From assembly GCF_018977255.1 (NCBI RefSeq), contig NW_024704743.1, positions 11,286,001-11,350,000 on the forward strand: 64,000 nucleotides of DNA. The letters run 5' to 3'. How positions within the stretch are numbered: the stretch's first letter is position 1; each line of letters begins with the position of its first letter. The notes under the pieces are model-generated. The model was not told where the DNA came from and searched no databases. It worked only from the letters and a program-made list of their open reading frames with translations. The position numbers were made by a program, and so were the translations under genes. This document shows, piece after piece, positions 1 to 12,944 of this stretch. Origin of the DNA: Callorhinchus milii. Its lineage: Eukaryota.

Positions 1-53
1 CCTTGTCTCTTCCTTCGTCTTCAAGGTCCACCTCAAGACCTTCCTCTTTGACT

Positions 54-232
54 ACTAATAATTCTTCCATTTGTTATAGTGCCTTATCACGTCTTCGAGA
101 CATCTCAAAGTGTTTCACAGAATACACTGTAAAGTGTATTTTGTGGGCCAAATGCGGTAGCCAATTGCACACAGCAGCATCCCACAAATAGTCGTGGATT
201 GAGTGACCACATTTTTTTGGCATTATTACCCC
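54..232 (-). mobile_element. tRNA-derived SINE (family A), 3' half
   Basis: Reverse complement matches the body and tail of the full copies (GGTCACTCAATCCACGACT...GTGATAAGGC.CTATA...ATTATT). Confidence 0.8.
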
Positions 233-907
233 CACAAATCTATTACAATTTTCTTTTTAAAATGTTAATTTTCTTCCTTTCCTTTATCCCCTTCCGCCCT
301 CTCACGTGACTTTTCGGGCCTTTGCCAAGTATAACAATACAAACTTACATTTAGATAGCACCATTCACACCAGGAGGATGTCCCAAAGCATTTAACAATG
401 GTGGCACCTGAGCTGCATGTGGGAGCAAAGTCTGGGAAGAGGAAAGATGACCTAAAGCACAAAGAGTTAGCTCTTGAGACGGATCTTAAAAGAGGTGAAG
501 GAGGCAGTGAATCAGAGGATGGAGGTACAGAGAATAGGGGCAGATTTGTAGTAAAAAAGCCTACTAAAAATAAAAAAATAAAAATATAAAGGTAAATGCC
601 AATATTATCTGCCAAAAATTATATTTAAAAATTAAAATTGAAAGCTAACATATAGTCCACTCTGATAATCTAATTCCTGTGACCTTATCAATACTGTGCT
701 CATTAACCTTGAGCACTGTCAAATATGCTCCTGGGACAGCAAATACACAATAAGAGGCCAGGGAGCAATCATTTAAATTTGGTAGCTTGTTGACTTTGTA
801 ATGTCAGACAGTCAATTCACCTTAGCGTATATTCTGTGAAGTGCTTTGAGACATCAAAGACGTGATAAGATACTATATCAAATGGAAAGATTATTGTTAT
901 TACTATA

Positions 908-1348
908 GTGCAGAGAATAGCAACAAGGATGATCCCCAGTGTTAGAGGAATGAGCTATGAACAAAGATTAGACAAGCTAAGGCTCTTCAGTCTTGAGAAA
1001 AGATGTCTCAGCGGGGGCCTCAAAGAGGTGTATAAAATTGTAAATGGGTTTGAAAAGTAAATCCAGATCAATACTTTAGGATGCAACAAGACAGTAAAAA
1101 AAGAGGATATAGGTTAAGAGTTATAAAGAGCAATTTCAGGACAGATATCAGGACGTTTTAATTTACATAGAGGAACAGGTCGCCAGGAACGGTGGTAGAG
1201 CCCAGGAGCTATTTAAAAAGCAGCTTGATGTTGCATTTGGGGGTGGTGGGGGAGGAGGGGTTGGCATAGGTTGGGTGTTCTTAAAGGATGAAATTGGTTA
1301 GGCTGAAGTGCCTTTTCATCCAAACCAATCTTGTGATCTTGTGAATCT
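908..1348 (+). mobile_element. CR1-type LINE 3' fragment
   Basis: Decayed ORF2 C-terminus (VQRIATRMIP..RGMSYEQRLDKLRLFSLEKR..GGLKEVYKI), then a 3'UTR ending in CTTGTGAT repeats. Confidence 0.8.
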
Positions 1349-3268
1349 TCACAATTCCGAGCTTTGGTCGACTAGAAAAAATGCTCAATTTTTTAAATAA
1401 TTTTTTTAATAATTTTTAAATAATTGGGTCTCAATGGCCAAATGCGATTTGTGGATTCTAACCCTGTACATGTAAGTGGAGGATCGCAGAGGCTGAGAAA
1501 AACTGAGCATTAATATACACAATATTCTACGGACACCCCCACCCTCTTCCCGGCTTGGTGTCAAGCTCTGCCACTCTTAAGAGCTCCCGAGTAAAGGGCA
1601 CTATATAAATGCAAGTTGTTGTTGTTAATAAGCAATGTGATGAATTTCCACATGTGTTAGCCACTGGGCTACCCCCCTCCCCACAAAAAAAATACACAAA
1701 CTATTACAAAAGCAAAGTATTAATCAATCAAGAGGATGCACTGTGGCAGTTGAAATAAAGCAAGGGTTAAAATTCTATAAAAGCAAATTGCAGGGGATAG
1801 TACTGGAGGACAGAGCTGGCAGAATTACTTTACCAAAAATTCATTCCGATTTTCATATTTCATTGTATAGCAGTAACGCTACAGTAATAAAGCTGATAAT
1901 GTGAGGGTTTTAATATTAGTGTTTCAGTTAATAAAATAATAATCCTTGCATTTGATATGGCACTTTTCACATCAAGAGGACGTCTCAAATTGGGTCACAG
2001 GATTTTTATTGTAAAGTGCAGTGATTGTTCGTTTTGTAGACAACAGTATCATTATGTGGAAGCTAGAAACATGAGCAATCAACCCAGGGAACTTATAATT
2101 ACTTGCACTTATCAGCAATCAGAAGGCTAACTTTTAATATTTATATACTTGATATATATATGTAGCATGGTATAAATTTCCCGAATCCGTCTGGTACCAA
2201 CTTTCTTTTATATTTTGCCCCCACAAACTGCTAATAGCTTCAGTTCAAAGGTTGATGCTATCAATAGAAAACAATCTTGCCCTAGATTTACCAAGCCGTA
2301 TCAGGTCACTAACAGCCTCAGCTGCTTTAAGGAGCTTGTGAAGTCTTTGCAATACTAATTAGAAATGAGATTAGAATTAGGGCAAATAATTGTATCCTCC
2401 GGTTCTGAAACCTCACTCACTGCAACAGAGGCCATAAGTCTCTTCAAGAGTGCACTAAACTACAGTGCTGCTGAGACTTTGTGTTCAGGTTATATAATAC
2501 TGTGAAGTGCCAGCTTTAAAATGAATTCTGAGCTGGACAAGAAATTGCAAAGTAATCCTCTGGGGCATGGCTGAATCACACTCAGAGGACTTAACTACTC
2601 CTTAGCTACGAAACAGTACATTTTTTTTAAAAAAATCAACCTGCTGTGCTAATTGGGGCATAGTGTAACTAACCATCAATGTTCCACACTAAAATAGTTT
2701 GGTTTTCACTGACGAAGTATGAGTCTCTTCTCCCTCTGTAATGGAAATGTCTTTCTTTGCTGGAGAGTTTTCTCATGCAGAAAATGTTGAAGTAATTGGC
2801 CAAATTATTTTTGGCTGCTAATTAAATGCCTGGGCAACACTGTGCCACTTTCTCTTGGCTGCTCTTTGCCCTCTGGAGCTTTTGAGTATTCCAATTCTAG
2901 CACTTCAAACCTGATCTTTCAAAGAATTACAGCAGCAGCAGAACTAGCAGTACTTTGTAACCAAAATATTAATCCTTTCATTTGCTAGTGTGTCCTTCAT
3001 GGTAGGAGGTGTTTCACAGGATATATTGTGAAGTGTAGTGACTGTGTATCTTTTGGGGGTGAACTTGGCAGCCAATTTGTGCACAGGAACCTACAAATAG
3101 CCTTGGAGCAATGGACCAATTTTATTTGGGGGATTGTTTCTCTTTCTTTCCCTACCTTCTGCTTTACAAAATGTGTTTTGGATTAGGTTTTTTGTGTGCA
3201 TGTCCTCCCGACGTGAAAGGCGCTCTATAGATGAAATCTTGTTGTTGTATGTGTGAGCCTAGAATTTG

Positions 3269-4675
3269 CAACAACAACAACAAGATTTAATTTATAGAGC
3301 GCCTTTCAAGTCGGGAGGACGTCCCAAGGCGCTGGACAGTTGGGTCAGGACCCGAGCAGGGGGGAAATGGTGAGGGGAGGGAAGGGAGGGAGCGAGGAGG
3401 GGGTAGAGAGTCGAGAGGTGAGCTGAAGGCACGGTCAAAGAGAAAGGTCTTGAGACCGGCCTTGAAGGAGGAAAGGGAGGAGGCGGCGAAGGCACTGGGG
3501 GATGGAGTTCCAGAGCCTAGGGACTGAGAGGCTGAAGGCCCGGCCACCGATGGCAGGGCGGGAGGGGCAGGGGATGCGGAGCAGACCGGAGCCAGAGGAA
3601 CGCAGGTACGGGCAGGTAAGTAGGGGGATATAGGTCGGAGAGGTAGGAGGGAGCAAGGCCGTGAATGGTCTTGTAGGCGAGGATGAGGATCTTGAATTCG
3701 ATCCTCTGGGGGATGGGGAGCCAGTGGAGGCGAGCGAGGGTGGGAGTGATGTGGTCGCGAAGCCTGGTGCGGGACAGTACACGAGCTGCGGAGTTCTGAA
3801 TGACCTGCAGCTTGTGGAGGGAGGTGCCGGGAAGGCCGGCGAGGAGAGAGTTCCCATAGTCCAGCCTTGAGGTGATAAAGGCGTGGACCAGAGTTTCAGC
3901 AGCGTGAGGGGTGAGGTAGTGCCGTAGTCCGGCGAAGTTTCGGAGGTGATGGAAGGCGGTGCCAGTTATGGCGCGGATTTGAGGAAGAAAGGACAGCTCA
4001 GGGTCAAACAGAACACCGAGGTTCCTGACTGGCTTTGAGAGGTGGAGAGTGCAGCCTTGGATGCTGATGGTGTCAGTGCCTGAGGTGCGGAAGCGCTGAC
4101 GCGAGCCAATCAGGAGGGCCTCAGTTTTGCGCACTTTGAGCTGAAGAAAGTTGTCTCTCGTCCAGGACTCGATGTCAGACAGGCAGCTGTCAGGACATCG
4201 GTGGTCGTGGAGTTGAGGGTAGAGGAGGAAAGGTAGAGTTGGATGTCATCCGCATACATGTGGAAGTTAACCCGATGTCTGCGGATGATGTCACCGAGGG
4301 GGAGCATATAGAGGGTGAAGAGGAGGGGACCGAGGACAAAGCCCTGAGAGACACCACACGAGACAGTGCGGGGGCTGGAGGAAAAGCCATTTGTGGAAAC
4401 AAAATGAAGACGGTGGGAGAGGTACGACCTAAACCACTCAAGGATAGGGCCTTGATGTTGAGGTGGGAGGACAAGCGGTGGAGGAGGATAGCGTGGTCGA
4501 CCGTATCGAATGCTGCCGATAGGTCGAGGAGGACGAGGAGTCAGAAGGAGCCCTGGTCGCAAATGGTCAAGATGTCATTGGTGACCTTGACCAGGGTGGT
4601 TTCTGTGCTATGGGCAGCACGGAAACCCGACTGAAGGGGTTTGAATAATGCATGGGTGGAGAGGAAAGAGTGCAG
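3269..4675 (-). mobile_element. L2-clade LINE, 5'-truncated (RT C-half and 3' end)
   Basis: ORF pieces give [46 protein letters not shown] and HWLP. Frameshifted, (GTT)n tail, CpGs retained so relatively young. Confidence 0.92.
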
Positions 4676-5354
4676 GAATCATATCTGTACCATTTTATAC
4701 ATCTATCCTTGCAGTCAGAAATCGGACACTGAAGTTGCCTTAATTGGGGAGGGGGAAGCGTACTTTAAAAAATTTGACAGAACTAGAAGTCAAGAATTCT
4801 GACTTTTTTTTCATGCAATAGTAAAACTGCTGCCCTGATCTTAATTTCAACTTTAAAAGACAGCATGTGCATAATTTGGTGGTATTGACTTGAGCACAAG
4901 AGATTATTCTCTGCACCTGGACTCTTCCTCACCCACTGTAAAGTTGCCATAAATACTGTGGCATGGAAAATAGCTATTACAGTGTCATTTAGGTAGTCTC
5001 TCTCCCCTTTCAACAACTAGGCGTAACAATACCACAAGCTTGCAAAGCTATGCGAGTCAACTACGTGCCTAGGGGGGGAGGGGGGAGGTGAATGGAATTA
5101 CAGTAAAGTCTAATCCTGCTCTTAGCAGATGATGACATCCGCAGCTCAAGCAAGGTCACAGCATAGCGATCATGAATAAAAGCCCTTCTGTACTGGAGAA
5201 GACAGCGGCCAACTCTAGGCTTTTAGTTGTCCTGAATCAGAAGTGCATAAATGATCCAGTTGGCTCCAAATCTATTTGTTTTAACCTTCATGGATTTTAC
5301 TTGGATCAAATTTCCAAGTACACCTGTTGGGTTATGCATAAGAGCATTGAGTAT

Positions 5355-5815
5355 TGTTAGCATAAGGTGTGCAAAATTAACATACTAACAAGGGGTTAAA
5401 ATGGGTGAGCGGTCACGGTAACATGTGGTCAGGTAACTGTGGAATCAGTACGAAGAAAAAGGAGTTGAAGGAAACGTATGATTGGATATGCTGATGAGGG
5501 ATTGTAACCTATTCACCAACCATTGAATGGTGTAAGATAGGGTATGTAAAATAACGGATTGTAAATGACTGACAAGAGATTGGTGGAACGCATTGAGGGA
5601 GTGGAATGAGGGTATAAAGACAGGGAGAACAAAGAACGAGGGGCAAAAAAGATCGGAGCAGCACAAGTGAAGACTTGATGGAAGATTAAAAGCTTGAATA
5701 ACCAGACAAGACAGATTTGAATCTCGGCTGCTGAACGTCTCGTCCGCAGTAGCATTGCTTTGTTATAATCCCTCCATGGTGTAACTTTATAGAACCAAGA
5801 AAGTTTGACTTAACA
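5355..5815 (+). mobile_element. Probable solo LTR
   Basis: 461 bp with TGTTA...TAACA termini, TATAAA at 5613 and ATTAAA at 5685. No exact target-site duplication seen (gtat vs gatt). Confidence 0.45.
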
Positions 5816-6440
5816 GATTTTGCCTAAACGGAATGCTGGGTGACCTTTTTTGATATCTAACACACCTTTTAAGGGTTTTATTTCACCTATTCATTTCAAT
5901 TCTCCTTCATTTGAATGCAAGTAGCCTCAGTCACTTGGTTGGGTTGTAGTTTCTGTTGTTCAATGGAGGATTGCATTACAATCCTAGACTCATGAGATCG
6001 AGACACAATAGAAATTGAATCAATCCAAAGGTCGGCTCTATGCCTATTTTTGTAAAGCTGCTGCTGAACTGCACTTAGTACAATTTGATGCTAAAATTGA
6101 ACGAAAAATTGTCTGGCAATCTTCCAGTTCTTCTTATCACAAAATATACAGTCAATTCACTTTACAATATATTCTGTGAAGTGCTTTGTGATGTCTCGAA
6201 AAAGTGATAAGGCGCTATATCAAATGCAAGGATTATTATTATTATCAATCCCTATAATCTGAACCATCAGATAAAGAAGGCCAGAGCATGAGTTCAGTTC
6301 CTCATTTTTCTCCTTGCATCTTAGTTCCACCTCTTGTCTGATGATTTATTCTCCAATCTGAGAAATAATGTAATGTGGTCTGACAACCTTCCAGTTCTTC
6401 AGTTCATCACCATTCAGAAATATGAAAGGTATTCAACTGG

Positions 6441-7270
6441 AAACAACTTGCATTTATATAGTACCCTCCACACAGGGTAGCACCTCAAAGCGCTTAACAG
6501 TGGCGGATCCTGACTCCCAGCCGGGGGGGGTTGGAGGTGTCCGTAAGCACTGTCAAAAAGGAAGAGACTTGAAAAAGGGGAGAGACGGGGAAAAGCGGAG
6601 GGATTCCAGAGTTTCCCGGGATTCCAGAACTGGTGAGATGTGGGTACAGAGTTTGGTCCGAGTCAGTATGCAGACAGCATAGGTCTGAATGAGATGGATT
6701 TTTTGAATAGTAGAGCTGGGGAGACCTGCGAGGAGTGTGTTTGAGAAATCCAGGCGGGAGATGACAAACGCATACAAGAGGGTTTCAGCTGCATTTGGGG
6801 TACGGTATAGTTGGAGGCGGGCAATGTGGCGGAAGTGCAGGAAGGCTGTGCTGGTCAGGGACTGGTAGGAAGGACAGCTGGGGGTCGAACTGGATGCCCA
6901 AATTGTGCACTGGTTCGGTGAGTCTGAGGGAGAGCCCAAGGAGGTTGAGGAGTTTAGATCCGCAGGAGCAAAGATGTTGACGGGAGCCAAAGAGGATGGC
7001 TTCTGTCTTGTCCACATTCAGCTGCAGGAAATTTGCAATCATCCAGGCCCTGATGTCTGCCAGACAAGCTGATAGAACATCGGCGGACCTGAAATTGGTA
7101 CTGGAGGAGGCAAAGGAGATTTGTGTGTCATCCGCGTACATGTGGAAGGTTACCCTGTGTCTGTGGATGACATCTCCGAGAGGGAGCATATAAATAAGGA
7201 AAAGAAGTGGGCCAAGGATGGAGCCCCGGAATACCCCACATGTGACTGGGCGTTGGCGGGCAAAGCACTG
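6441..7270 (-). mobile_element. L2 LINE fragment with internal deletion
   Basis: [27 protein letters not shown] and SRLDFSN motifs. L2 3' end at ~6441-6600. Confidence 0.88.
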
Positions 7271-8424
7271 AAAGGCATGGTAATGGCCATACAGAAAGTT
7301 CACCGTCCCCAAAACGGTCTTTATTCTGGGTTAATGCCCACTTAGGACCAATGCAGATTCCTGCTGCCCTGGGACCCAACCAGCAGCACCTTCTCACTGG
7401 CAATGTGGGCAGTATATGAGCCAGGCCCAATTTGGTACTTGTGTGAAATAAAACCTCTTTATAAGGCTAGTATTTTCTTTTAGGGGAAGAGGAGAGGAAA
7501 GAGAGAACTAGCACTGTGCAAGGGAAGAAGGGTTTGTGATTAATTTATTTCATTTGTTAAAACAACAAATAAGTTGATCACTGCTTATTATTCACCCCCG
7601 ATTTACTGCTTTGATTCATCAAAATAAATATTTTACATGTGTAAATGACATTTTGTGTGCACATATTATAATTATATTTATAAATGTTTAGAGTATATTT
7701 GTAAATATATAAATAATAATGTTAGTAATAGTATTAATATTGGTAATTATAATAATCCTTGCATTTTCTGTTTTTAATAGTTCCCAAAATGTTTCTTCTT
7801 GAATATGTTCCTTTAACATGAAACTGATGGTGACGGAAATCGCAAGCTCATTATTAAGGGAATCTTATTATTGAGGGCAAACAAGTCAGTCTATTAACTG
7901 CTCTTATCAACAAGGTTCCTAACAACTCGATTGACAGCCATGCAATACATCAATTAGGAAAATGGTTTGAACAGGTATTACAGAAAAAAAACTGAATTCC
8001 TTATCATAGCTTAAAGCTGCTGCAAAAAACAAAATCATTGGGTTTCGTAATAGAGAAACAGAATGCAGATGAAAACAGGTGATATTATTACTGGCTAAAC
8101 ACATTCTGAGCATTGGTTAGCATACTAATGTTTCACCCACAGAATATACAGTATAACCTGTGAAGTGTTTTGAGATGTCTTAATGACATGAGAAGGCGCT
8201 ATATCAAATGCAAGGATTATTGTTATTATTAGCATCCCACAGTAGGTTGCCTTGATGGTGTGCAATTTAGCAAACCAACATCAAGAATCCCAATTAAGAG
8301 ATTGGGCTCCCTCTCCCTGGAAGAGAGAAGAGTTTGAAACGAGCCAACGGTAAGTACCAGAATTGCTGAACTGGATAAAAAGTGTGTGTGTGTCGTTTCA
8401 AAAGATTTAAAATGTAAAACAAAC

Positions 8425-8498
8425 CTCATGGACGAAATAGACTTTGGCTCCAACATAAATTCCCATGCGTACCACAGCTCGGACAGCAGCATTCATAC
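8425..8498 (-). CDS. PFKP: 6-phosphofructokinase (platelet-type-like), coding exon 2
   Basis: 74-nt exon with acceptor ..ccttag|GT and donor GAG|GTTTGT. It completes the Gly codon from exon 1 and reads [25 protein letters not shown], in frame with exon 1. Confidence 0.95.
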
Positions 8499-9504
8499 CT
8501 AAGGTCATAAGTGGAACAAACGTTAGCATCACAGGTTAACTGGCTCTTGTAACTCACAGAAAACCAACAGAAATTGAAATATTTAAATGGGAAATGATGT
8601 TTAGGATACAAAAACAAGCTTCATGCAGGTTTTCTAACTATCAGTGCATAAACTAGAAAAGCAAAGTTTTGTGTTCAGACGAAAAGAAGGCTAAGCACAT
8701 CTAGCTTATATATATAAGGACTTTGACATTTTAAATGTTCATAAAATTGATGGCTCTGTTGCAATGGAAGAATGGTCCACGCCAATGTTGGCAACATTGA
8801 ATTCATGAATACAAGCTGCACAGTTTGCCATTAGCAGATTGCTGCTTGAATCCAACAACACTAAAATGTTGTGGATTGAAGCCCCATGTCAGGATCTGAG
8901 TTTATATTCCAGGTTCTTTTAACAATTTGACAACATTAATCTATGCGCATGGGTGTGTGTGTGTGTAACCCACAAATCCTGTTTACAACAATAACAACAA
9001 CAACTGTTTAAATATTGCAAACTAAATGGCAAAAAACTGTAGTACTGAATTGGACGTCGAGAAAGGGGGAGTTAACCATAGGAATGGTTATAAAGGTGGG
9101 TTTTAAGGTGGGATTTAAAGACCCCTAGAGAGGGTCTAGACTCAGGAGTGAAAGCAGGGGCTACGTGCAGTAGGCCTTTGTTTGCTGAGTGCAAAGGTTG
9201 GGAAAAGGAGTGTGATAAACGCAGATCATAAATAAAATTAAACTCCAGTGTAGCCCTGAGAGAAAAGCATCATTGTCAGAGATGCTTTGTTTCAGATGAG
9301 ACATCAAACTGAGGGGAAAATTCCAATCTGTCTGATCCACAGAAGGACATTAAAATATTAAATCATACAAGTCAGTGTCTGCAAGTTTCCTGCCCAATAA
9401 TTGTCCAGGGCATTTAACTCGTAGCTATTTGTGTGATACTGTTTGATGTACAAGTTCGCCTTGTACATGCAAAATGCAGTCGCTTCACTTTGCAGTATAT
9501 CCTG

Positions 9505-10130
9505 TGAACTTCCCAAACCAACTTTGCGCACACCTCTCCTCCCATTCCCTCTTCAAACCCCTCCAGTCTGGTTTCTGCCCTGCTCACAGTACAGAGACTG
9601 CGCTTGTGAAAGTCACAAACGACATCCTCTCTATCTGTGACCAGGGCTCCCTCTGTCTCCTTGTCCTCCTGGATCTCTCCGCCACGTTCGACACAGGCGA
9701 TCACGCCATCCTCCTCCACCAGCTTTCCTCCGTCATCCACCTCAGTGGGACCGAACTCGCCTGATTCGAGTCCTACCTCACAAACCACCAGCAATACATC
9801 TGCACAAACGGCTTCTCCTCCCACTCTCACCCGGTCACTTGCGGGGTACCCCAACCTCTATGACATTTTAAAACCCTATCTAACCCTAATCCTACTATCT
9901 CCGTTCGGCAAACACTGGTCGTCTTCACGTCTGGCATCCTGCGTGTCCCACCACCGGTGATTGGGCTTTTAGCCTTCATGCCCCACCTTCGGGAACTTTA
10001 TCCCGGAGACCCTTCATCTTGCCTATTCCCTCGGCTCCTTCAATGTCCGTCTCAAGGTTTTCTCTTTGACTGAGTCTTCGGTCATCTTCCCACCCCACTC
10101 CCTTTGATCCCCACTCCCAAATCCAACCCC
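9505..10130 (+). mobile_element. L2 LINE fragments
   Basis: [32 protein letters not shown], then joined to L2 3' region after a deletion. Confidence 0.82.
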
Positions 10131-10239
10131 CAGACTGAGCCCATAATTGTCAGTGTATACTGCAGGGAATAATCAGTTTGTAAGCTGTGGTGAACAGCTT
10201 TTGAACTCGCTGAGGTTTGTTTAACACACGCACATCTAT

Positions 10240-10300
10240 TTCCTCTCCCTGAAGATGCTGCCTAACCTGCTGAGTGATCCCAGTGACTTCTATTGTTATT
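10240..10300 (+). mobile_element. Short Penelope-associated repeat 3' fragment
   Basis: GATGCTGCCTAACCTGCTGAGTGATCCCAG is homologous to 48140-48170 but lacks the hammerhead core. Confidence 0.5.
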
Positions 10301-10679
10301 AAATACTAGCTGTAGCCATTCCAGCTATGCTTGCAGCCAAAGGATCCAATATGGAATGTAGATTTCAGTGATACCACTCACCAACCATTTAACATGCCAC
10401 AAACACTGTGTGTACAACTTAATCAAAACTGCCATACATGTGCGATGAGCTTGTTTGGGTCATACCTCATGAAAGATAGAATACCCTATCAAAGGGTCAC
10501 AGCTCATGAATGATATAAGATCTTATCAAAGCTACGCTAACCGAAGGGTTTTAATGTGTGATCCAGCAGATCCTCAAATTATTGCAACGCAGCCGTGCGG
10601 TTCTTTGTTCTTCAGTTTCATTTAATCAGCCTTCTTTCTTTTGCCTGACATTTTTATTTGTACTTGAAAGGCTCGATGT

Positions 10680-10810
10680 TCGCTTAGGCATGTTTATATT
10701 GTTCCCGCCGCTTGGCTTCATCTGAGCGTGTGCATGCTGCATGCTTGCGCTCGTACGTGCTCTGTGACGCACGATGCCACAGTGCCACTGTGAGTCAGCG
10801 CAGGAACCAG
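10680..10810. promoter_or_regulatory. Candidate intronic enhancer (HRE + CRE-like + AP-1/ARE)
   Basis: Local CpG-rich, non-repeat patch with TACGTGCT (10754-10761), TGACGCA (10765-10771) and TGAGTCAGC (10791-10799). Confidence 0.4.
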
Positions 10811-12944
10811 GTGTAACTGCAGCACAAAACTGTGTGATGAGCTTGTTTAGGTCATAATTCGTCAACGATAGGAGACCCCGAAACATGCCCATGACATTCC
10901 CAAATGCAAGGTATAATTGATATCAGATGAGGTATAATTGATATCTCTTTGTCAATCGGTTATTGAGATCTTGGCAGACACATAGACATTGTTGTTTTAT
11001 TAGTATAGATAGAAGATAGATTTCCAGCATCTGCAGTATTTTGCCTTTTTTAATAAATAACCCGTAACCCAGACAGAGCCCATAATTTGTCAGAGTACCC
11101 CACAGCTTGTAAACTGTTTGTAAACTGTGGTGAACAGCTTTTGAACTAACTCCCTGAGGTTTCATTAACACACACACACACACAATGTTGTCAGTTTAAT
11201 TCAACAGGAAGGAAACTGTCAATTAAGAAGATTTTTGCATTTGACTAATGAAAGAAAATATACCAATGATCAAAATCAAATGTCAATACCATTCACTCGG
11301 AGGGGTGGAGGGGGTTTGGAGGGAGGGAAACTAAATAATCTGTATTTGTCTTTGAAGGCTCTTGTACTTGTAAAAATGTAAACAATTTATTCAATGTCCT
11401 TCTACAGTATAGTATCGTTATGGCAGAAAGAAAACTAGTTGATTGTTTGATGGCAGATGAAGCCCAAAGTACAAGAGAATTTAAATAATCAAACTCCACC
11501 CTTCTGCCACCTTTACTTAACAATATTCACACGTGGGATTTTTATAAGTTTAAGCAAAACCTGTGGAAAAGCGTCTGAGTTTTTAATTGCCTACCCCATT
11601 ACTAAAATTATGCATGATAAAATTGTTCTAGTTTTATGGTTTATCTCCCCTTCCTGACTGCAAAATTTCATATAAAACCTTATATTATATCCCTTCTGTT
11701 TCTCAATACTGTATTTGCTAAATTGTCATGTTCTGAATCACATATCCTACATTCACATTGCATAGGATCAAACCTTAAAGTTGATTTCTGCGGCTGACTC
11801 CCAATTCAATAGCTCTGGAAATCCAGAAGCCATGGACATGCTATATGCACACAGCACTGAATGTACCATATTAACAGCTGATTGATCACATGCTCGAGTA
11901 CACAATCAGTTATATGTTGAATATTTACATTTATGAAAATATCAGGCTCAGAAGAAAAATACTGTGGAATGTACCAGTGTAACAAAGTGATAAGACCATG
12001 ACCTAATCCATACTAACATTCAGTGAGTTTATGACAAGCTGACGCACATACAGGGCCAGTTTCCGTCCCAACTGATAAATCTGTCAGTGGAATTTAGAGA
12101 CGAGGTTCTGGTTCATTTCAAGCAGGTCGATCTCTAAGTCACCTCTCTCTCCCTACAAGCACATTTCCGAATCAACCTCTATGTAAGTAAGATATAATGC
12201 AAATGTCCTTCTTTCTATTTACTCTTTAACATTTACTATGCTACAACATTTAAACTCATAATGACTCCAGTCCTGTGGGCACAAGAATTTCATCTCTCAA
12301 ATGCAACCAAGAGAGACCATGAGGTACTTCATTTCAGAAATCATTTTGTCCGTTATGCTGCAAAATTAAAGCATATAAGGATTTGATCCTCTATTTGGTA
12401 CAGGAATAAGACTTTCATTCTAAGCTAAATCCATGTAGATTGACGTGAGATTGACTAAATAAACCTTCTTAGGGTGGATACTTATTACTAATACTCCCAA
12501 ACTATTTCTGTTTCACCCTATCAATCTATAAAATCACAGAGATGCCTCTATTGAAACAAGCTACAAGGCACGCTTTTGTAAACAAACTAACTCTATGCAA
12601 TCTTAATATCAAATATAATTATCATTGTTTCAAAAAACAGTATTATTTCAAATAGTGTTTGTTTTGCATTGTAGGAAAGCTTCTTTGGTGCACAAACAGC
12701 TCAATATATAAAATGAACTCTTCAATAAAATATATTTTTCTTAAAGATTCAAATAATGAAGAGATTTATTGTTATTACAATAATTACAGTAAACCCCATT
12801 GGAGTGATGAGCTATTAAAAGTTTACAACAACAACTTGTACTTATATTGCACCCTCCACGCAGTGTAGCATCTCAGAGCACTTAACAGTGGCGGAGCCTG
12901 ACTCCGAACCGGGGGATGGGGGTTTACTATAATTATTCTAAGGG

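Noticed and set aside
2709..2730. CTGACGAAG (and CTGATGAG at 5492) as further hammerhead cores
   Set aside because: No stem II followed by GAAA.
1..8424. PFKP exon 3 (expected GYQG.VDGG..I....W..VS.I)
   Set aside because: No matching minus-strand sequence found by eye. A donor-like site near 4930 does not translate to PFK.
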